Shown here: piece after piece, positions 1 to 10,980 of the stretch
Numbering within the stretch: the stretch's first letter is position 1
Layout of the letters: each line of letters starts with the position of its first letter
IMG/VR virus record: IMGVR_UViG_3300033149_006567
Span: 33,843-97,842 of that record
DNA from: a virus
Reading direction: 5' to 3' (one strand)
Length of the DNA: 64,000 nucleotides
Program-made: the position numbers and the translations under genes
The notes under the pieces: model-generated
Seen by the model: the letters and a program-made list of their open reading frames with translations, nothing else
Database searches by the model: none
What the model was told of the DNA's origin: nothing

Positions 1-130
1 TGTTTCCGACTATTGTTATGCGATTGCCTACACAGGAGAGATGTACGTAGGTGTAGGGAATGAAATTGCCACTGGGGATGGGTACATAACGTTAATTAAA
101 AAATATTTGAAACAGTAGAGGTAGATAGTT

Positions 131-2518
131 ATGCCAGACAAAATGAGAAGGACTTTTCCGATAAATATCACGCTAACAGATAGGGAGCAGCCTACTGCCG
201 CTAAATTGACAGCCATAGCGACTCAGTCTAGAGGTGGCCTGGGCATAATTGAAGAGGCAGTTGGAGATATTTGGAATCAATCTGGCGATTCTTATTTGTC
301 TTCGGGGGCTTCTAGGCGCACTCTGCGGATACCTTCTATTGGTCGTTTACTTGGTACTTCTGATGCTTTGAGTCCTTATTTTGAAATGCCGGATGATGAC
401 TTTTTGTTCGAAGAGGATTTAGTCGATTACGCTGATTGCAATAGTGTCCCCCTGACCTTTGAGGCTACAACTTTTTCGGGAGTGCTTTTTTCTGGTCTTC
501 AAAAAGATTATATTACCCAAGTAGACAGTGACGGGGATTGGTTTTATGATGAAACTACAGACAAAGTATTTACTTACGATACGATAGATGGGCACGATGA
601 CTTAGTCTATGAGGTTGTTACCGCAAATTTCCCAACTCATCCCTCTACGTTTGATTTGACCTCCAATACGATTCCTCCGGAAGACCAGGACGGGACATTT
701 ACTGGCTGTAAGGTTGTTCCAAAAACTGGGAGTTCGGGATACTATTATATAATTTTTCCGCCTCGCCTAAGGCTTTCGAATAGAACTGATGTTGACCTGT
801 ATCCCACTGATGCGGGCAATGACGGGACAGATCCGGTTGCAGTTACTCCTATGTATTTTTGGGATGAATCGACAGATGCTCCTGGATTAGGGACGGCCTG
901 GGATGATCATTACCGATACCATTTACCCTCTCTCCTTGATAGTGCGAGTTGGGGGGACAGATTGCCTGACGGATTTTTGAGGCTTGAAATTAACAACGAA
1001 GTGGCTGACGGAGTGGTCTTTTTTAAACCAGCAGCTGTTGCTTATCAATATGGATATATCCTTGAAATTTATGCCCCCTATAGTATTACCGCCCTAGATG
1101 CCGTAGCTTCTGCCGTAGGAACCCATACGACTGCCGCTTATGATACTGGAGTGAAAGTAATTACCACGGGGACTTCAACTGCCGAATTGCTTAATCAGAT
1201 AGTCAGGATGCTTTTAAACCACAAACATAATTCTACTCAAACTGGTTGGAGCAGCAGGGTTGACCATAATGATTTGGTGGGGTTAGATCCAAATTATGAT
1301 GCTGATTTTGATGACGATGGAGGGGGGTATCCCTATTGGCCGTTTGGAACCAACGATGTTAGGTTGACTAAGAGTAATTGGGAGAATGACGGGCATTTGC
1401 AGTATCTTCATCGAGCTGGCTCGTTAGCCTTAGGAGATTCTGATTATTATCGAGACATATATAATAATGCTTTTATTGGTGATTTATTGATAGGGTCGGC
1501 CACCAAGGGTGTTGTGGTCCCGTATTTTAATAATGTAATCAATGATAGCTTTAAGGTCTATTTCGGAAGTGTGGATTACGGACCATGTTTGTATCTGGAG
1601 ACTGCCATTTATGACGCGATTGTTGCTCAAGGGATATCGGGAGAGCCGGGGTTGGTTGGAATTAGTGACACAGATAGTGGACTTTACGGGATAGCGGGGG
1701 CTGCTCCTGGGGTTGTAGGAGAAACTGCCAGCGTTGATGGAGTACAAGGGGGTGGTGGAGATACGGGCATCGGAGTCCATGGATATGGTGGGTCTACTTC
1801 TGGTGTGGGAGTAAAAGGTGAAGCTCAGGGGGGCGATAGTAGTGGCGTTGAGGGGATTGGGCATGGAGATGGTACTGGCGTAAAAGGAGCCGGAGGGACA
1901 ACGGGTGATGGAGTCTATGGGCTAGGGGGAGCGAGTGGGGGGTATGGTGTGGTAGCAGAGCAGCAGGGTAACACAAGAGCTGCTTTAAGAACCGTGCCTC
2001 AGGCATGTCCTCCTGTCGCGGGGTATGAAGGAGACGTACTTTCAAATTCTATGTATAATAACCAGCTCTTTCAGTGTTTGGCTGCGGGAAGTCCTGGTAC
2101 TTGGGATCCTGTTGGACATACGTTGTTGGCTGAGGTTACAGTTTCTCCGGCAGAAGTTAAAACGCTGAGGGCTTCGCCGAAAGAGATCGTAGCGGCACCG
2201 GGAGCTGGGATGGCGATAGTATTCATTATGGCGACCATAGAGTTGGATTATGGCGGGACTCAGTATGTCATTCCAGATGCGGATGACGACTTGAGGATTC
2301 AATATAGTGCGATAGCGGCTGTTACGGAGACCTATAACAGCGCTGGTTTTATAGATGGAGCAAACGACAAGATAAAAGCCCTTTCTTGTGCGAATCCGGC
2401 TTATGAAGTCAAAGAGAATGTTCATTTAGAGTTGGATAATGTAGGATCCTCCGAATACACAACGGGGAATTCTTCATTGTATGTGAAGTGTTGGTATCGA
2501 CTGATACGGACCCATTAA
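131..2518 (+). CDS. Virion structural / tail fibre-like protein with Gly-rich GVxG repeats
   Basis: 795 aa, acidic; repeats such as GVHGYGGSTSGVGVKGEAQGGDSSGVEGIG typical of phage fibre shafts; lies in a block of large structural-type genes. Confidence 0.55.
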   Translation: MPDKMRRTFPINITLTDREQPTAAKLTAIATQSRGGLGIIEEAVGDIWNQSGDSYLSSGASRRTLRIPSIGRLLGTSDALSPYFEMPDDDFLFEEDLVDYADCNSVPLTFEATTFSGVLFSGLQKDYITQVDSDGDWFYDETTDKVFTYDTIDGHDDLVYEVVTANFPTHPSTFDLTSNTIPPEDQDGTFTGCKVVPKTGSSGYYYIIFPPRLRLSNRTDVDLYPTDAGNDGTDPVAVTPMYFWDESTDAPGLGTAWDDHYRYHLPSLLDSASWGDRLPDGFLRLEINNEVADGVVFFKPAAVAYQYGYILEIYAPYSITALDAVASAVGTHTTAAYDTGVKVITTGTSTAELLNQIVRMLLNHKHNSTQTGWSSRVDHNDLVGLDPNYDADFDDDGGGYPYWPFGTNDVRLTKSNWENDGHLQYLHRAGSLALGDSDYYRDIYNNAFIGDLLIGSATKGVVVPYFNNVINDSFKVYFGSVDYGPCLYLETAIYDAIVAQGISGEPGLVGISDTDSGLYGIAGAAPGVVGETASVDGVQGGGGDTGIGVHGYGGSTSGVGVKGEAQGGDSSGVEGIGHGDGTGVKGAGGTTGDGVYGLGGASGGYGVVAEQQGNTRAALRTVPQACPPVAGYEGDVLSNSMYNNQLFQCLAAGSPGTWDPVGHTLLAEVTVSPAEVKTLRASPKEIVAAPGAGMAIVFIMATIELDYGGTQYVIPDADDDLRIQYSAIAAVTETYNSAGFIDGANDKIKALSCANPAYEVKENVHLELDNVGSSEYTTGNSSLYVKCWYRLIRTH

Positions 2519-2534
2519 TAACAGGAGTAAAAAA

Positions 2535-2843
2535 ATGAATCAGCAACAACAAACGCAGTATCTTAATCAAATTCTCGGTGACCCGGATTTTCGATTTGAA
2601 GATCCAGTGGAACAAGAGATACTGGAGGCTCTCCGAAATGTCTCGACTCAAAGTGAAAGGTTGGTTGAAACCGTTCGGCAAGCCCAGGAGGAACAAAAGT
2701 TGCTTCGAGGGGAAACTCGAGGGTACGCTAAGCTTCTTTTGGCCAAAGAGGTCGCTCGTAGAGAAGAGTTGGCCAAGGAGGAGGTTGCCGAGGATTTACC
2801 TGTCGGCGAAAAAGAAGATTTACTGGAGGAAAGTGAGGGCTAG
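2535..2843 (+). CDS. Small coiled-coil protein, possible fibre chaperone
   Basis: AGGAG RBS; helical Q/E-rich 102 aa directly after a fibre-like gene. Confidence 0.4.
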   Translation: MNQQQQTQYLNQILGDPDFRFEDPVEQEILEALRNVSTQSERLVETVRQAQEEQKLLRGETRGYAKLLLAKEVARREELAKEEVAEDLPVGEKEDLLEESEG

Positions 2844-2848
2844 TCTGG

Positions 2849-5101
2849 ATGCCTTCTCGTCAGACTCAAAAATTTAAGGTTAGCTCGGTAAATTACTTGG
2901 CCGTCTCTGATGTATTTTTAAACATACAGAAACGGCACGAGGATATCGTCTATAAGACTTTTACTGGAGATGAGGACGCCCTGATATCTTACCTTAACGC
3001 AGTCCGAATATCCGCAGATGACAATCTGTCTATTGTAGATAGGTCTGCAGAAAAGTTGGTGGAAAATCGCATAGAAAGTGCCTCCGAGTATTCAGTTGAA
3101 GAAAGTGCCCTGACGATAACAACTGAGACTGACGAGGTTTTGATTACTGACGAGTTTTTGACAGGGAATTCTCTTGAGGAGCCCGTACCCCTCTTCTATA
3201 AACACCAGATCCCTGAATCTCATTTCGACCCAGACAGCGGACATAAGATCGTATCCATGAGACTCCTAGATGACTCTTTGGAAGAGGTTTCTGTAGCCGA
3301 TTATTCTTTAGATTCTTCCACGGGAACTCTTTTTAATAATTTTGAGCACGAGTTCGACGCAGGAGACAATTCCTACAGTCTCTATTATCTTCAATATACG
3401 GTTAAGGAATCGTCGGCAGTCGTCAAAAACTATACGGTGCTTTTAGATAATGAGCCAGTTTACGCTTTGGCCGAAGCCTCTGATTTGAATGAGTGGGGAG
3501 CTCTCATCAACGATGGCCGGAAGGTTTTTCTAAGAGAAGAGCTATTCGATGGGACCTATCAATTTACATTTCCTTCGATTGCAGACTATGCTTTTCGAGA
3601 AGTTTTAACTAATCGCATAAAGGTTTTGCCTCCTGTCTTGGGGTCGAGAAGTGATCCTTGGTATATACGAGTCTCTAATGGCCTGTTTTATTCGACGGTA
3701 GACGGAATAACCTACAAGTATTATGTTCCTGAGATTACTGGCCAAACCTTTAATCCCTATTATCCCTACAGGAAGGCCACTAAAGAGCCAGCCGCTATAG
3801 TTAATAAGAACTTGATCAAGCTCGGCTATGACAAGATATATGAAGACGGGTCTACTCTGCATTTAGATGTCTTTATATACGATGCAGATGATTATCTAAA
3901 GTATGCCTTTACTACTGACAGTTCCCTTCATGGGACTGCGGCGGGGAATGGGCGAACCGAGGTGGTTTTGTATTCCAACTTGGAAGCTGGGGGTGACTAT
4001 GGTATCCGGAGCGTAGATCATTTGTATGGATTTGTTGATATACGAGGGATGGACTTGTCTTCTTCTTGTACGGCGAAGGCTACCTATTATTATGAATATT
4101 CGGATCTTCCCATTAATTCCGTGAATTTCAATTTCACTCAGAATCAAGACATCATTCATTATGATATAGTTCTATTCCTCATCCCCGACACTTTAGTCTC
4201 GTCTTCAACTCAGACGGTATACCTGCTAAAGGTGGACGAGAATGGGCAGGTAGTCTATTCTGATTGGACTTCTTTTGACAATACGGAGCGGTCCCTAGAT
4301 GGCAAGCCCCTCTTTTATCGAGAGCCCCCAAGTTGGTGGACAGTTTTGCATGGAAGTGACTATTCGAATTTCGAAGAAACATATACGGTAAATGGGAACG
4401 GATATTACTTGACTTTAGCTGAGATTCATCCTGTTCTGGCCTACAAGCTTGACGGGATAGAAGATTCGGATATACGTCAGCAGGGCGGAGGGCTTCGGGG
4501 GGACTCTTCTTTGGTGAATACAGAGGAGGCTCAGAGCTGTTGGGATGTAATGAAGTGGGATGGCAGGCATTATCCGGGAGCAGGTTCTTTTCTCGTTGAA
4601 GTTCCTTCGAGTGTTTTGTCTGGGGCAGGTGGGAGTTTTTATTCAGATGAAGTTCGAGAAGTCATAAATAAGCATATAGGATACGGGCTTTATCCGGTTA
4701 TTAGAGGCTATGGAGTTGACCCTCGGATCACTAGCGTAGAACCTGGTGATGGGTCGATAACGGTGGTTTGGTCTCATGGAAATTCAGATGCCTATTATAA
4801 AATATATATAGCGAAAACTCTTCAGGGACCTTTTACGGCGGTCAATGATTCCAGTCCAGTTCAAGAGAACAGTACAGAAAATTCGTACACCATTACGGGA
4901 CTGGAAAATGATATGATTTATTATATATTTGTAGTTGGAGGATTTATCTCGGGTAGTACGTGGACCGAGAGTTCTGAGCAAATTATCGGGCCGGGGAATT
5001 TGACGGCCAAGACCGGAAGCACCTTAGAGTATGTTAAATGTAAGCCTGGGATCCCACGCGGCTCAAACTTTTTGAGTCAAAGATTTACGGTAATTTCCTG
5101 A
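2849..5101 (+). CDS. Virion structural protein with C-terminal fibronectin type III-like domain
   Basis: 750 aa; C-terminal PGDGSITVVW...YKIY...YTITGLENDMIYYIFV matches the FN3 pattern. Confidence 0.55.
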   Translation: MPSRQTQKFKVSSVNYLAVSDVFLNIQKRHEDIVYKTFTGDEDALISYLNAVRISADDNLSIVDRSAEKLVENRIESASEYSVEESALTITTETDEVLITDEFLTGNSLEEPVPLFYKHQIPESHFDPDSGHKIVSMRLLDDSLEEVSVADYSLDSSTGTLFNNFEHEFDAGDNSYSLYYLQYTVKESSAVVKNYTVLLDNEPVYALAEASDLNEWGALINDGRKVFLREELFDGTYQFTFPSIADYAFREVLTNRIKVLPPVLGSRSDPWYIRVSNGLFYSTVDGITYKYYVPEITGQTFNPYYPYRKATKEPAAIVNKNLIKLGYDKIYEDGSTLHLDVFIYDADDYLKYAFTTDSSLHGTAAGNGRTEVVLYSNLEAGGDYGIRSVDHLYGFVDIRGMDLSSSCTAKATYYYEYSDLPINSVNFNFTQNQDIIHYDIVLFLIPDTLVSSSTQTVYLLKVDENGQVVYSDWTSFDNTERSLDGKPLFYREPPSWWTVLHGSDYSNFEETYTVNGNGYYLTLAEIHPVLAYKLDGIEDSDIRQQGGGLRGDSSLVNTEEAQSCWDVMKWDGRHYPGAGSFLVEVPSSVLSGAGGSFYSDEVREVINKHIGYGLYPVIRGYGVDPRITSVEPGDGSITVVWSHGNSDAYYKIYIAKTLQGPFTAVNDSSPVQENSTENSYTITGLENDMIYYIFVVGGFISGSTWTESSEQIIGPGNLTAKTGSTLEYVKCKPGIPRGSNFLSQRFTVIS

Positions 5102-5113
5102 TCGGAGTCGAGG

Positions 5114-5668
5114 ATGGCAGTAACAGTTTATTGGGCTAGTGATAATTCGGGCACTTTGTTAAATCAGGTCGTAGATCATGGATCTGTAGCAAAAGGGAAT
5201 AATAGCGGGGCAACCGCTTTTTATCTATATCATAATGGCCAGAATGACATAACTAATTGCGGCTTTTACATACAGCCTCGGTCTGGGTTGTACGAGGGAG
5301 ACTTTTCTGCTCTCACAGATTACCAAGAGCTTATCGATTGGGGGGACTCTACGAACGCTAATGGGTTTGGCGGCTATATGATAAATATGAATGCGACGGG
5401 AGCTTGGGCTAATGGTTGGGCGGCAGTCGGAGATAAATTTCCTGCGTACGGCTTTGTTTGTCGAAGTGGAGTGGCAGATTCTTTTGGTAATGCTCAGACT
5501 TTGATGTCAGAGATGGGGTGTTCGTCTTCTGGCGTGGTACAGAATAATTATCCGAATGGATATGGAATTAATGTCCGGTTTCAATGTAGAATAGCGGTTC
5601 CCTCCAATGAGACTTCGTTGGGTCAAAGGGAAATCGATCTTTGTCTTCGATATTCTTATACGAGTTAA
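5114..5668 (+). CDS. Hypothetical beta-rich structural protein
   Basis: 184 aa N/G/S-rich ORF in the structural operon. Confidence 0.45.
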   Translation: MAVTVYWASDNSGTLLNQVVDHGSVAKGNNSGATAFYLYHNGQNDITNCGFYIQPRSGLYEGDFSALTDYQELIDWGDSTNANGFGGYMINMNATGAWANGWAAVGDKFPAYGFVCRSGVADSFGNAQTLMSEMGCSSSGVVQNNYPNGYGINVRFQCRIAVPSNETSLGQREIDLCLRYSYTS

Positions 5669-6117
5669 TGATGCGCGTGAATGGTTGGATTAAAAGATTC
5701 GTGGATGGTTCCTGGGAAGAGGGGAAAGACAAGGAAGTATTAGCCGGAAGAGCTAGCTGGTCTAGGGGTCGCCTAGAGGGCATGCTGAGGGCAGAGGTTC
5801 ATCACGGAAGATATTTTCTGGGAATTTGTGGTCCTGGAGAATATTGGCAGTCAGATGATTTTTCTGTAAATCTTTCTTCAGGAGAGACGCAGTTAGAGAC
5901 GAGGAGGCTGCAGAGGAAGATAGTGCTTCCCGACACTAACATGGTAGTGCAGAGAAAAGAAAGCGAGTTGCTTGTGTTTGTGTATACGGGTTCTCCTCCG
6001 TACATGCCAGGAGAGTTTCTTTGTGTGAGCCCAGAGATGTTGGGAAAATGGCTGACGCTTGAATTAAACTTGAAGGACGACTCTCTCCAGATGAACATTT
6101 TGCCGGAGCGGATATAG
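5668..6117 (+). CDS. Hypothetical protein
   Basis: ATG overlaps the upstream TAA (TAATG); fills the gap to the next gene. Confidence 0.5.
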   Translation: MMRVNGWIKRFVDGSWEEGKDKEVLAGRASWSRGRLEGMLRAEVHHGRYFLGICGPGEYWQSDDFSVNLSSGETQLETRRLQRKIVLPDTNMVVQRKESELLVFVYTGSPPYMPGEFLCVSPEMLGKWLTLELNLKDDSLQMNILPERI

Positions 6118-8108
6118 TGGCACAATATTTAAATAAGTTCAAAAGTTCTATAAGCAAGAATCAGTTCGAAAAGCTCACCAGACTCCTAGATGCCCAGAAG
6201 AGGCGCGGGCAGTTTTCTACCATTGATGAATTCCGGAAACATCTTGATTCTGTGATGAAGGAGTTGTTTGCAAAGAGGATAACTCCCTTACTCGAGGTTT
6301 TTCTTGCTATTCCTGGAGAAGTTGCCGATGTAGAAACTTACAATTTTATGCTTGAAAGAATTCAGGATGATTTGGAGGTTGCCTTTAAGGAGATAGCTAA
6401 TATAGAGGAAGTTCTTCGGGGTCATCGAGCTGTTGTTCAGGATGTACTTCTTAAGGGCCTGAAGCATGCTGCGGCGGATCTAGAAAATAAAATATCTACT
6501 TATGAGTTGATGGTTACTTCTGGTCATGGATTTAATTCAGCTTTGGCTAGCAATTTTGACGGAGCGATTAGCCCTAGGCTTAAGCGGGCTGAGGATGTGG
6601 GGGGATATTTTAAAGATCCTCGCACTGGCAAGGCCATATCTGCTGACTATGACATATATTTGGACCAAATGGGAAAGTTTTTGACTCTCCCCGTACAGTC
6701 CTCTAGCTACGTCAATATAGTCGGAGTGCGTCAGATATTTGACTCAGATGCCACAGCTACGGAAAAGAATGTAGAACCAGAGGATTCTTCTGTTTCCAAT
6801 TTGATAGACGGGGAAAATGGAACTTATTGGATGGTTTTATCCCTGTTCGAGGACAACAAGAATGACAAGTTTCCTGCGGAAGTTAAGACCAGAATTGAAC
6901 TCGATCTTGGGGGGGCCAAAGAAGTAAATTTCTTGGAGATAGAACCGGCGCTTTTGAATGACGTGACACTTGACTCTATGTCTTATATAAGGAAGGATGG
7001 GTCGGTGGAGACTGTTGCAGGCGTATCGGAAACAATTGGCCGCCATAGGGTCAAGATCCTTTTTAGAAAAATCGGAGCTAAAAAAATAATTTTGACTTTT
7101 TCCAACGAGACCTCTCATGCTTTGGCTTATGAAGTTCCAGATACCGAAGTCACCCTAGAAGAGCTCCTTACTGAGCCCGTAAATGAAAAGATTAGCCAGA
7201 TGCAGGTCTCTCTGACCGAGAGTTTTAGCGGAAGGCAGTTCCAGATTGGATTTGACAATATTCGAGTCGGATTGGCCAAGTACTTGGATAAGGGCGTCTT
7301 CATTAATAAGGCCCTGGAACTAAAAAGTAAGCCTGCGAGAAGTTTCGGTTTGCAAGTTGAAGAGGAGCGTCCGGCGAATTCTACTGCCCTCCCTTCTGGC
7401 ATTAGTTTTACCGAGGACACTTACGATGATGGTGACACAAAATTTATGTACGGAAGCGTAGAATATTGGCTTATTCGAAATTCCTACGACAGCAATGAGC
7501 GATTTATCGCATCTGATTTTTTACCTATCCTACCTTTGGAAGTTAGTCGAGTCAATCATGAACGATTGATACTGACGCATAAGTACGGGGCCACTTCAGT
7601 TGTTAATGATTCGGGAACAACGATGTTTTATACTGATGCGACAAATGGGAACATAAAGGTCTATCGGAATGGAGAATTAACTCCGTTGACTCAATTGACT
7701 CCTGGAGATACTGCAGACGGATGGGTGGAAGAAAGCAATCTCGTTAACACTTCTTCCGGGAATGGGACTCCCATGTCTTATGGCATCCGGATTACTCAGC
7801 CAAAAGCCGGAGATATTTTTACCGTTAGTTATGACCCAATAGTTTCTAATGTCCTAACTATTTCGACGGCTAGCGGTGCAACTCAACAAAATCTAGTGGA
7901 TTTACTAGGAGATTTGTCGGCCAGAAGTTACACGGACCAGATTCTTTTATCTTCCGACCACAAGGGGGCTTTTGAAATAGAATCTTCAAAAGTATATCTA
8001 ATGACTATTTTGCGACGAAACACTTCGGATGAATTTTTGTCTCCTCTGGTAAAAGAGCATCTTTTAGGAGTCAGCACTAAAAATCCGAGCAAGTTCCAGG
8101 GATTTTAA
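6117..8108 (+). CDS. Putative baseplate/tail-associated structural protein (paralogue 1)
   Basis: N-terminal helical region, discoidin-like segment (NLIDGENGTYW), C-terminal SPLVKEHLL; architecture shared with the next two genes. Confidence 0.5.
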   Translation: MAQYLNKFKSSISKNQFEKLTRLLDAQKRRGQFSTIDEFRKHLDSVMKELFAKRITPLLEVFLAIPGEVADVETYNFMLERIQDDLEVAFKEIANIEEVLRGHRAVVQDVLLKGLKHAAADLENKISTYELMVTSGHGFNSALASNFDGAISPRLKRAEDVGGYFKDPRTGKAISADYDIYLDQMGKFLTLPVQSSSYVNIVGVRQIFDSDATATEKNVEPEDSSVSNLIDGENGTYWMVLSLFEDNKNDKFPAEVKTRIELDLGGAKEVNFLEIEPALLNDVTLDSMSYIRKDGSVETVAGVSETIGRHRVKILFRKIGAKKIILTFSNETSHALAYEVPDTEVTLEELLTEPVNEKISQMQVSLTESFSGRQFQIGFDNIRVGLAKYLDKGVFINKALELKSKPARSFGLQVEEERPANSTALPSGISFTEDTYDDGDTKFMYGSVEYWLIRNSYDSNERFIASDFLPILPLEVSRVNHERLILTHKYGATSVVNDSGTTMFYTDATNGNIKVYRNGELTPLTQLTPGDTADGWVEESNLVNTSSGNGTPMSYGIRITQPKAGDIFTVSYDPIVSNVLTISTASGATQQNLVDLLGDLSARSYTDQILLSSDHKGAFEIESSKVYLMTILRRNTSDEFLSPLVKEHLLGVSTKNPSKFQGF

Positions 8109-10979
8109 ATGGCGAATAAATACCGCAGGCACAGATACGCGAAGCTCCTAGAGGCCAAGCTGAAAAAGCTTTCAGAGACTTTGGGGGCGAGTTTGAGTTC
8201 TCCCAACTTTTATACTAAGGAGCAGTATATAGCAGAATCAGTTAGGGTGCTGACCACCTTTTACAAAGACCTCGATGGGCCGATAACCAGTGAAGAAGAC
8301 TATCCTCTCGCCGCTAGTTTGCCAGACGCCGATCAATTTAATGCCATGCTTCAGAATATCAAAAATAACCTGGATATTACCTTTGCCGAATTTGAGAATC
8401 TAGAAGATTTAATATTGGCAAATTTTAATTTTGCAGTAACTGGGCATAATCGCTTAAATGCTCGCCTTAAGAAGGTTTATTCTCTGGCGGGAGATTACGC
8501 AGTCTATGCGAATTATGACGATGATATAATTGTTGTCAAAGACAGTTTTAGTAATACCGACAAGCTCGAGATTGGTAGTTCTTTATTGAATTCTGACGAA
8601 TGCTACGTTAATGAAGGGGAGGGCATTGTTTGTTTGCCCATAGATACGAGTAAAGAAAGTACCATATTGGTCCACAATAGCCCTCGTATTGATCCGTCTT
8701 CTAATGGCGTGGCGGGGAATAATTATCAGCTTGGAGCTGACTGGAATGGAGACGTTAGGGCGATTATAGACGATAATGCAGATACTTGGTTTGAGTATGA
8801 GCGTACATGTCGACTTTCGAAGGATCCCGGAGATCCTTTGATGCTGGACTTAACTATTGTTTTAACTGAACCCAAAATAGCGAATTACATCCGCGTAAAT
8901 CCGAACAATTTTGGAACGAGAACTTCTGTATTTATAGAAAAGATAGAGACCTCTCTCGATGGAGACAGTTACCTTAGCATTAAAGATGATATTCCCGTAG
9001 CTGGCTATCTGCAAGAGGACGAGGAGAATATATTTACTTTGGCTCCATCAACTTCTAAGTACAAGGGACAGGGGCTTTACACTTTTACTCCCAGGAAAAT
9101 AAAGTATATACATTTTGTGTTTTCTCAGCCTGACCCTTATGTGATTGAAACGGCTAATGGGCAGCGTCTTAGATACGCGATTGGCATCAAGGACATAGAA
9201 TTAAAGGCTTTAACTTTCTTGAATGCGGGGGAAATCGTTGGGGTTAATCAAAATGTTGGTCGAGAGATAGAGAAGGTCGGATTACAGGCAAGTCAAGATC
9301 CTATTCTTCCTTCTTCTATCGCCTCTGTAGAGCATTTTGTTTCGACCGACAACGGGGCTTCTTGGAATCAAATTCAGCCTCAAGCTGAATTAGGGGTGTC
9401 TGGGCAAGTTTCTGAAATTCCAGAAATATTAAACTTTAATAATGCAGATGTAAATAGTATAGTTACCCCTTATATTCCAACGACTATTCGATGGAAGGCC
9501 GTTCTAAAAAGGAATGATGGGGCTTTCAAGGAGGGAGGAGCAGCTCTTTCCGAAAAGATAGCGGTTGCTTCGGAAATACATGGCGTAGCGAATACCACCC
9601 CTCACACCATTACCCTGGAAAATGTACCACTAGAGAATACCATTCAGGTTATAGATCCTATGTATGGTTGTCGAGGTGATGCCCGAAATACGTATGTTAT
9701 TCGCTCTGGAGAGGAGCAGGGTCTTTATCCTCTCCCCGATTGGGGTGACATAAACTCTAAGCGTCCCTGGAAGAAGGAGTCTATTGGCGATGGGATGTAT
9801 GGGACCGTGAAATCTGATGATTCAGATTGGATAAATGTTCACGTCGGAGGGAAGGCCTGGGACTGTGTAACAGACGATATATCCACATATGGTTCTACCG
9901 ACAAGGTTTATCAGATAGATTGGAACGACGACATACTTCATTTCGGGGACGGCACCAACGGAGATTTACCTCCAGCTAATTCTAAGATAACGATGTTTTT
10001 TGAGCCCGAGAGATTGATGCCTGTAGGGGGGGAGAATTCCATTGTGCCCCTTGTTTTCCCGACTGGCTCAGATAAGAAACAGATAGTAATCGAGAGATAC
10101 GGAGCCCGGAAAAGTGGCGCCAGCAGTATTCCTCGGGGAGAAACTGTGTTGAATTTGCAGCATGACCATATAGACTCTCTCATAACTGATGCCCTGCCTG
10201 TCCTTTCAACCGACGAGCAGACTTTCATAAATGGGCGAGACGAACTTTCCAGTTCGGGCGATTGGTCCCTAGATGCCGAACGAGGAATAATCTATCTTTA
10301 TGAGCCGTCCGATACTTTTACGGAGGTTGAGTATTATTATTATCCCGTTTATACCTTGTCTGAGAGTGATTGGGAGTGGACGAGTAATACGGCCTTGAAT
10401 GATAGTATTAAAATTAAGCCTAGCGGATGGCAAACCAATTCTGCCACCTTTACTATAGCTGCTATGCCGTCTCCTATTTCTGATGGATTTTCATATTGTT
10501 TGCACCTTCCCAATTTGAGCATAATAAGGAAAACCTTGCAAATAAGTGCGACAGTTTCTGGCGACGACCCTTTTGTTGAAGAAGTCCCTTATGTTGATGG
10601 TCGAGTTGAATTGAAAGAGATACCTTCGGATACGGGACTTTATTCTGTTGACTATGAGGGGGGGCGGATATTTGTCCAAAGAGCCTTGTCTAACATAACG
10701 GCGATTACTGTTCAATACGAATATGCCGACTATAGGATGCAATATCCCATAGCTCGACTTATTGATCCGTCTAGCTACAAGATTGACTATGACAATAAAA
10801 AAATTACGCTTGACAGTTCTGTGATATTGGGAGGATACAATATCCCTCGTGGAGAGCATGGTGGCTATCTGGTTTCCTATTCTTATGTTTTGAAATCGAG
10901 GACAGATTTGCCCGCTCTTAAGAACTATTTTTCTCCTGTTTTAAAAGATTATGCCCTGAGAATTTTACCGAGAGAATAA
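8109..10979 (+). CDS. Putative baseplate/tail-associated structural protein (paralogue 2)
   Basis: 956 aa; AIIDDNADTWF; baseplate-wedge-like LHFGDGTNGDLPP; repeated Y/W-S-x-D-x-x-x-G-x-I units; C-terminal SPVLKDYAL. Confidence 0.55.
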   Translation: MANKYRRHRYAKLLEAKLKKLSETLGASLSSPNFYTKEQYIAESVRVLTTFYKDLDGPITSEEDYPLAASLPDADQFNAMLQNIKNNLDITFAEFENLEDLILANFNFAVTGHNRLNARLKKVYSLAGDYAVYANYDDDIIVVKDSFSNTDKLEIGSSLLNSDECYVNEGEGIVCLPIDTSKESTILVHNSPRIDPSSNGVAGNNYQLGADWNGDVRAIIDDNADTWFEYERTCRLSKDPGDPLMLDLTIVLTEPKIANYIRVNPNNFGTRTSVFIEKIETSLDGDSYLSIKDDIPVAGYLQEDEENIFTLAPSTSKYKGQGLYTFTPRKIKYIHFVFSQPDPYVIETANGQRLRYAIGIKDIELKALTFLNAGEIVGVNQNVGREIEKVGLQASQDPILPSSIASVEHFVSTDNGASWNQIQPQAELGVSGQVSEIPEILNFNNADVNSIVTPYIPTTIRWKAVLKRNDGAFKEGGAALSEKIAVASEIHGVANTTPHTITLENVPLENTIQVIDPMYGCRGDARNTYVIRSGEEQGLYPLPDWGDINSKRPWKKESIGDGMYGTVKSDDSDWINVHVGGKAWDCVTDDISTYGSTDKVYQIDWNDDILHFGDGTNGDLPPANSKITMFFEPERLMPVGGENSIVPLVFPTGSDKKQIVIERYGARKSGASSIPRGETVLNLQHDHIDSLITDALPVLSTDEQTFINGRDELSSSGDWSLDAERGIIYLYEPSDTFTEVEYYYYPVYTLSESDWEWTSNTALNDSIKIKPSGWQTNSATFTIAAMPSPISDGFSYCLHLPNLSIIRKTLQISATVSGDDPFVEEVPYVDGRVELKEIPSDTGLYSVDYEGGRIFVQRALSNITAITVQYEYADYRMQYPIARLIDPSSYKIDYDNKKITLDSSVILGGYNIPRGEHGGYLVSYSYVLKSRTDLPALKNYFSPVLKDYALRILPRE

Positions 10980-10980
10980 G